DNA from: Candidatus Eiseniibacteriota bacterium
GTDB lineage: Bacteria; Eisenbacteria; RBG-16-71-46
DNA: 64,000 bases
NCBI GenBank assembly: GCA_963776245.1
Contig: CAVZLN010000008.1
Span: 256,001 to 320,000 of the forward strand
Reading direction: 5' to 3'
Position 1 is the stretch's first letter. Every line of letters starts with the position of its first letter. This document shows positions 62,697-64,000 of this stretch, piece after piece. The position numbers and the translations under genes are program-made. The notes below the pieces were generated by a model. The model did not search any database. It was not told where the DNA came from and worked only from the letters and a program-made list of their open reading frames with translations.

Positions 62697-64000
62697 TCAG
62701 CGTCCGCGCCGCTTCGACCGCCGCCCGAAGCGTGGAGTCTCGGGCTCCGGTTCCGGCTCGGGTTCGGGCTCGACACGCAGCCATGGCGCCGTCTCATCGG
62801 GGATGGTCTCGTCGGGCCCGGTGGGAGCGTCGTCCTCGGCCGTCTCATCGCGCGGCGGCTGGTGCGCCTCGTCGTCCGGTCCGTGCTCGTCCTCGGGGAG
62901 CGGGGGTGGGGCATGCGCCATCGGATCGCGTGCCTCGGGTGTCGAAGTCCGCTCGGGCCACGATTCGCGTCCGAACGCTCGAGGCGCGGCCCCGGCCGGA
63001 CGCTCGATCGGCTCGTCCTCACCCAGGTCATGCGGGCCCTCGGGGCGGCCCACCTCCTCGTTCTCGTCCTCCTCGCGCGCCGGAGGCAGGGGCTCGACCT
63101 CCGGTGGTTCGATCTCGATCGGAGGCCGTGCCGGGGGCGCGCTCACCGGGGGCGCGCTCACCGGGGGCGCGCTCACCGGGGCCGGGATCGCGGGAGTGAC
63201 CGCGGCCTGTGGCGTGCTCACCGGCCCGGGCCCCTCCCGGCGCCCACGCCCACCGCGGCGGCCGCGCCGGCGGGGGCGGAATCCGCCCTCATCCTCGTCC
63301 CCTTCCGGAGCCACCGGCGCGACCATGGGAGCGGCCGGCGGCGGCGGTTCGGGCGCCCGTCGCACCGGCTCGGCGGGGCGCTCGACGCGCGTCTCGCGCG
63401 GGCCGCGCTCCTCATGCGCTCCACGCTCCTCGCGCGGGGCGCGCTCTTCGCGGACCCCGCGCTCCCCACGGGCGCCGCGTTCTTCGCGTGGGCCGCGTTC
63501 TTCGCGTGGACCGCGCTCTTCGCGCGCTCCACGTTCCTCGCGCGGGCCGCGCTCCTCGCGCGCTCCACGTTCCTCGCGCGGGCTGCGCTCCTCACGCGCT
63601 CCACGTTCCTCGCGCGGGCCGCGCTCCTCGCGCGCTCCACGTTCCTCGCGCGGGCCGCGCTCCTCACGGAACCCGCGCTCGGGCCGCGGGCCACGGTCTT
63701 CGCGCGGCGGGCGCTCGTCGCGCGGGCCGCGGCCGTCGCCCGGCGCGCGCTCATCGCGCGGGCCCGGCTCCTCGCCCTTGTCCCGGCGTCTCCCACCGAC
63801 GTGGTCGAGCGCGTCGCGCGCGGCCGCCTGTTCGGCCTCCTTCTTGTTCTTGCCCTTGCCGGAGCCGAGCGTCTTGCTGCGCACCACCACCTCGACCAGG
63901 AACATCTTGGAGTGGTCGGGGCCCATCGCGTTGCGGATGCGATAGACCGGGTGGGTGTGGAACGTGCTCTGCACGTACTCCTGCAACTGGCTCTTGTAGT
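62697..64000 (-). CDS. rnc: ribonuclease III (3' part: dsRBD) with a long disordered C-terminal extension; 5' end outside the window
   Basis: YKSQLQEYVQ..PVY..GPDHSKMF.V..GSGKGKNKKEAEQAAA is an RNase III-type dsRBD; the frame stays open for ~365 more codons. Confidence 0.8.
   Translation of the reverse strand, partial: YKSQLQEYVQSTFHTHPVYRIRNAMGPDHSKMFLVEVVVRSKTLGSGKGKNKKEAEQAAARDALDHVGGRRRDKGEEPGPRDERAPGDGRGPRDERPPREDRGPRPERGFREERGPREERGAREERGPREERGAREERSPREERGAREERGPREERGAREERGPREERGPREERGARGERGVREERAPREERGAHEERGPRETRVERPAEPVRRAPEPPPPAAPMVAPVAPEGDEDEGGFRPRRRGRRGGRGRREGPGPVSTPQAAVTPAIPAPVSAPPVSAPPVSAPPARPPIEIEPPEVEPLPPAREEDENEEVGRPEGPHDLGEDEPIERPAGAAPRAFGRESWPERTSTPEARDPMAHAPPPLPEDEHGPDDEAHQPPRDETAEDDAPTGPDETIPDETAPWLRVEPEPEPEPEPETPRFGRRSKRRGR
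63399..63758 (-). repeat. 18-bp coding tandem repeat encoding REERG(P/A): 15 close plus 5 degenerate units
   Basis: Read directly from the translation; nucleotide variation falls largely at synonymous positions. Confidence 0.9.

Noticed and set aside
63399..63758. Tandem repeats resembling a CRISPR or VNTR array
   Set aside because: The 18-bp units are contiguous with no unique spacers, stay in frame within a CDS, and no cas genes are present.

Overview
A very GC-rich (roughly 70-75% by eye) chromosomal segment from a diderm bacterium. SprA, LptFG, a sigma54 activator and the gene order suggest an FCB-group or Eisenbacteria-like lineage (inference). It has four parts. (i) 1-27.7 kb: a surface-polysaccharide locus with Wza/Wzz/Wzc-like export genes, three flippases, GT2/GT4 enzymes, AsnB, nucleotide-sugar enzymes, DegT, DUF362 and a large GT-C-like membrane protein. 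(ii) 27.7-41 kb: the rimP-nusA-infB-DUF503-rbfA-truB-ribF-rpsO-pnp-M16 peptidase block, followed by DUF3108 and a DHS-like gene. (iii) 41-51 kb: sprA coupled to a glutaminyl-cyclase-like M28 lipoprotein, divergent from lptFG. (iv) 51-64 kb: aroB-aroQ-accB-pilT-accC-comB, a TPR/ECF sigma/anti-sigma/HtrA-like operon, an orphan NtrC-family activator and the 3' end of rnc. The strongest candidate for an undescribed system is an unannotated ~175-nt structured RNA at ~62398-62575. It has a sigma54 -24/-12 promoter, three related palindromic enhancer-like sites and an intrinsic terminator, sits directly behind the NtrC-family gene, and converges with an RNase III carrying a ~365-aa disordered repeat tail. 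Other highlights: a ~230-nt structured leader ending in a terminator ahead of the polysaccharide export operon, a 145-bp MITE at the accC stop codon, an HtrA-like protein lacking catalytic His and Asp, and a BY-kinase homologue lacking its Walker A Lys. Frameshifts clustered at 17.8-32.3 kb (including pnp) are probably sequencing or assembly errors. All product calls come from motif recognition; no database searches were run.
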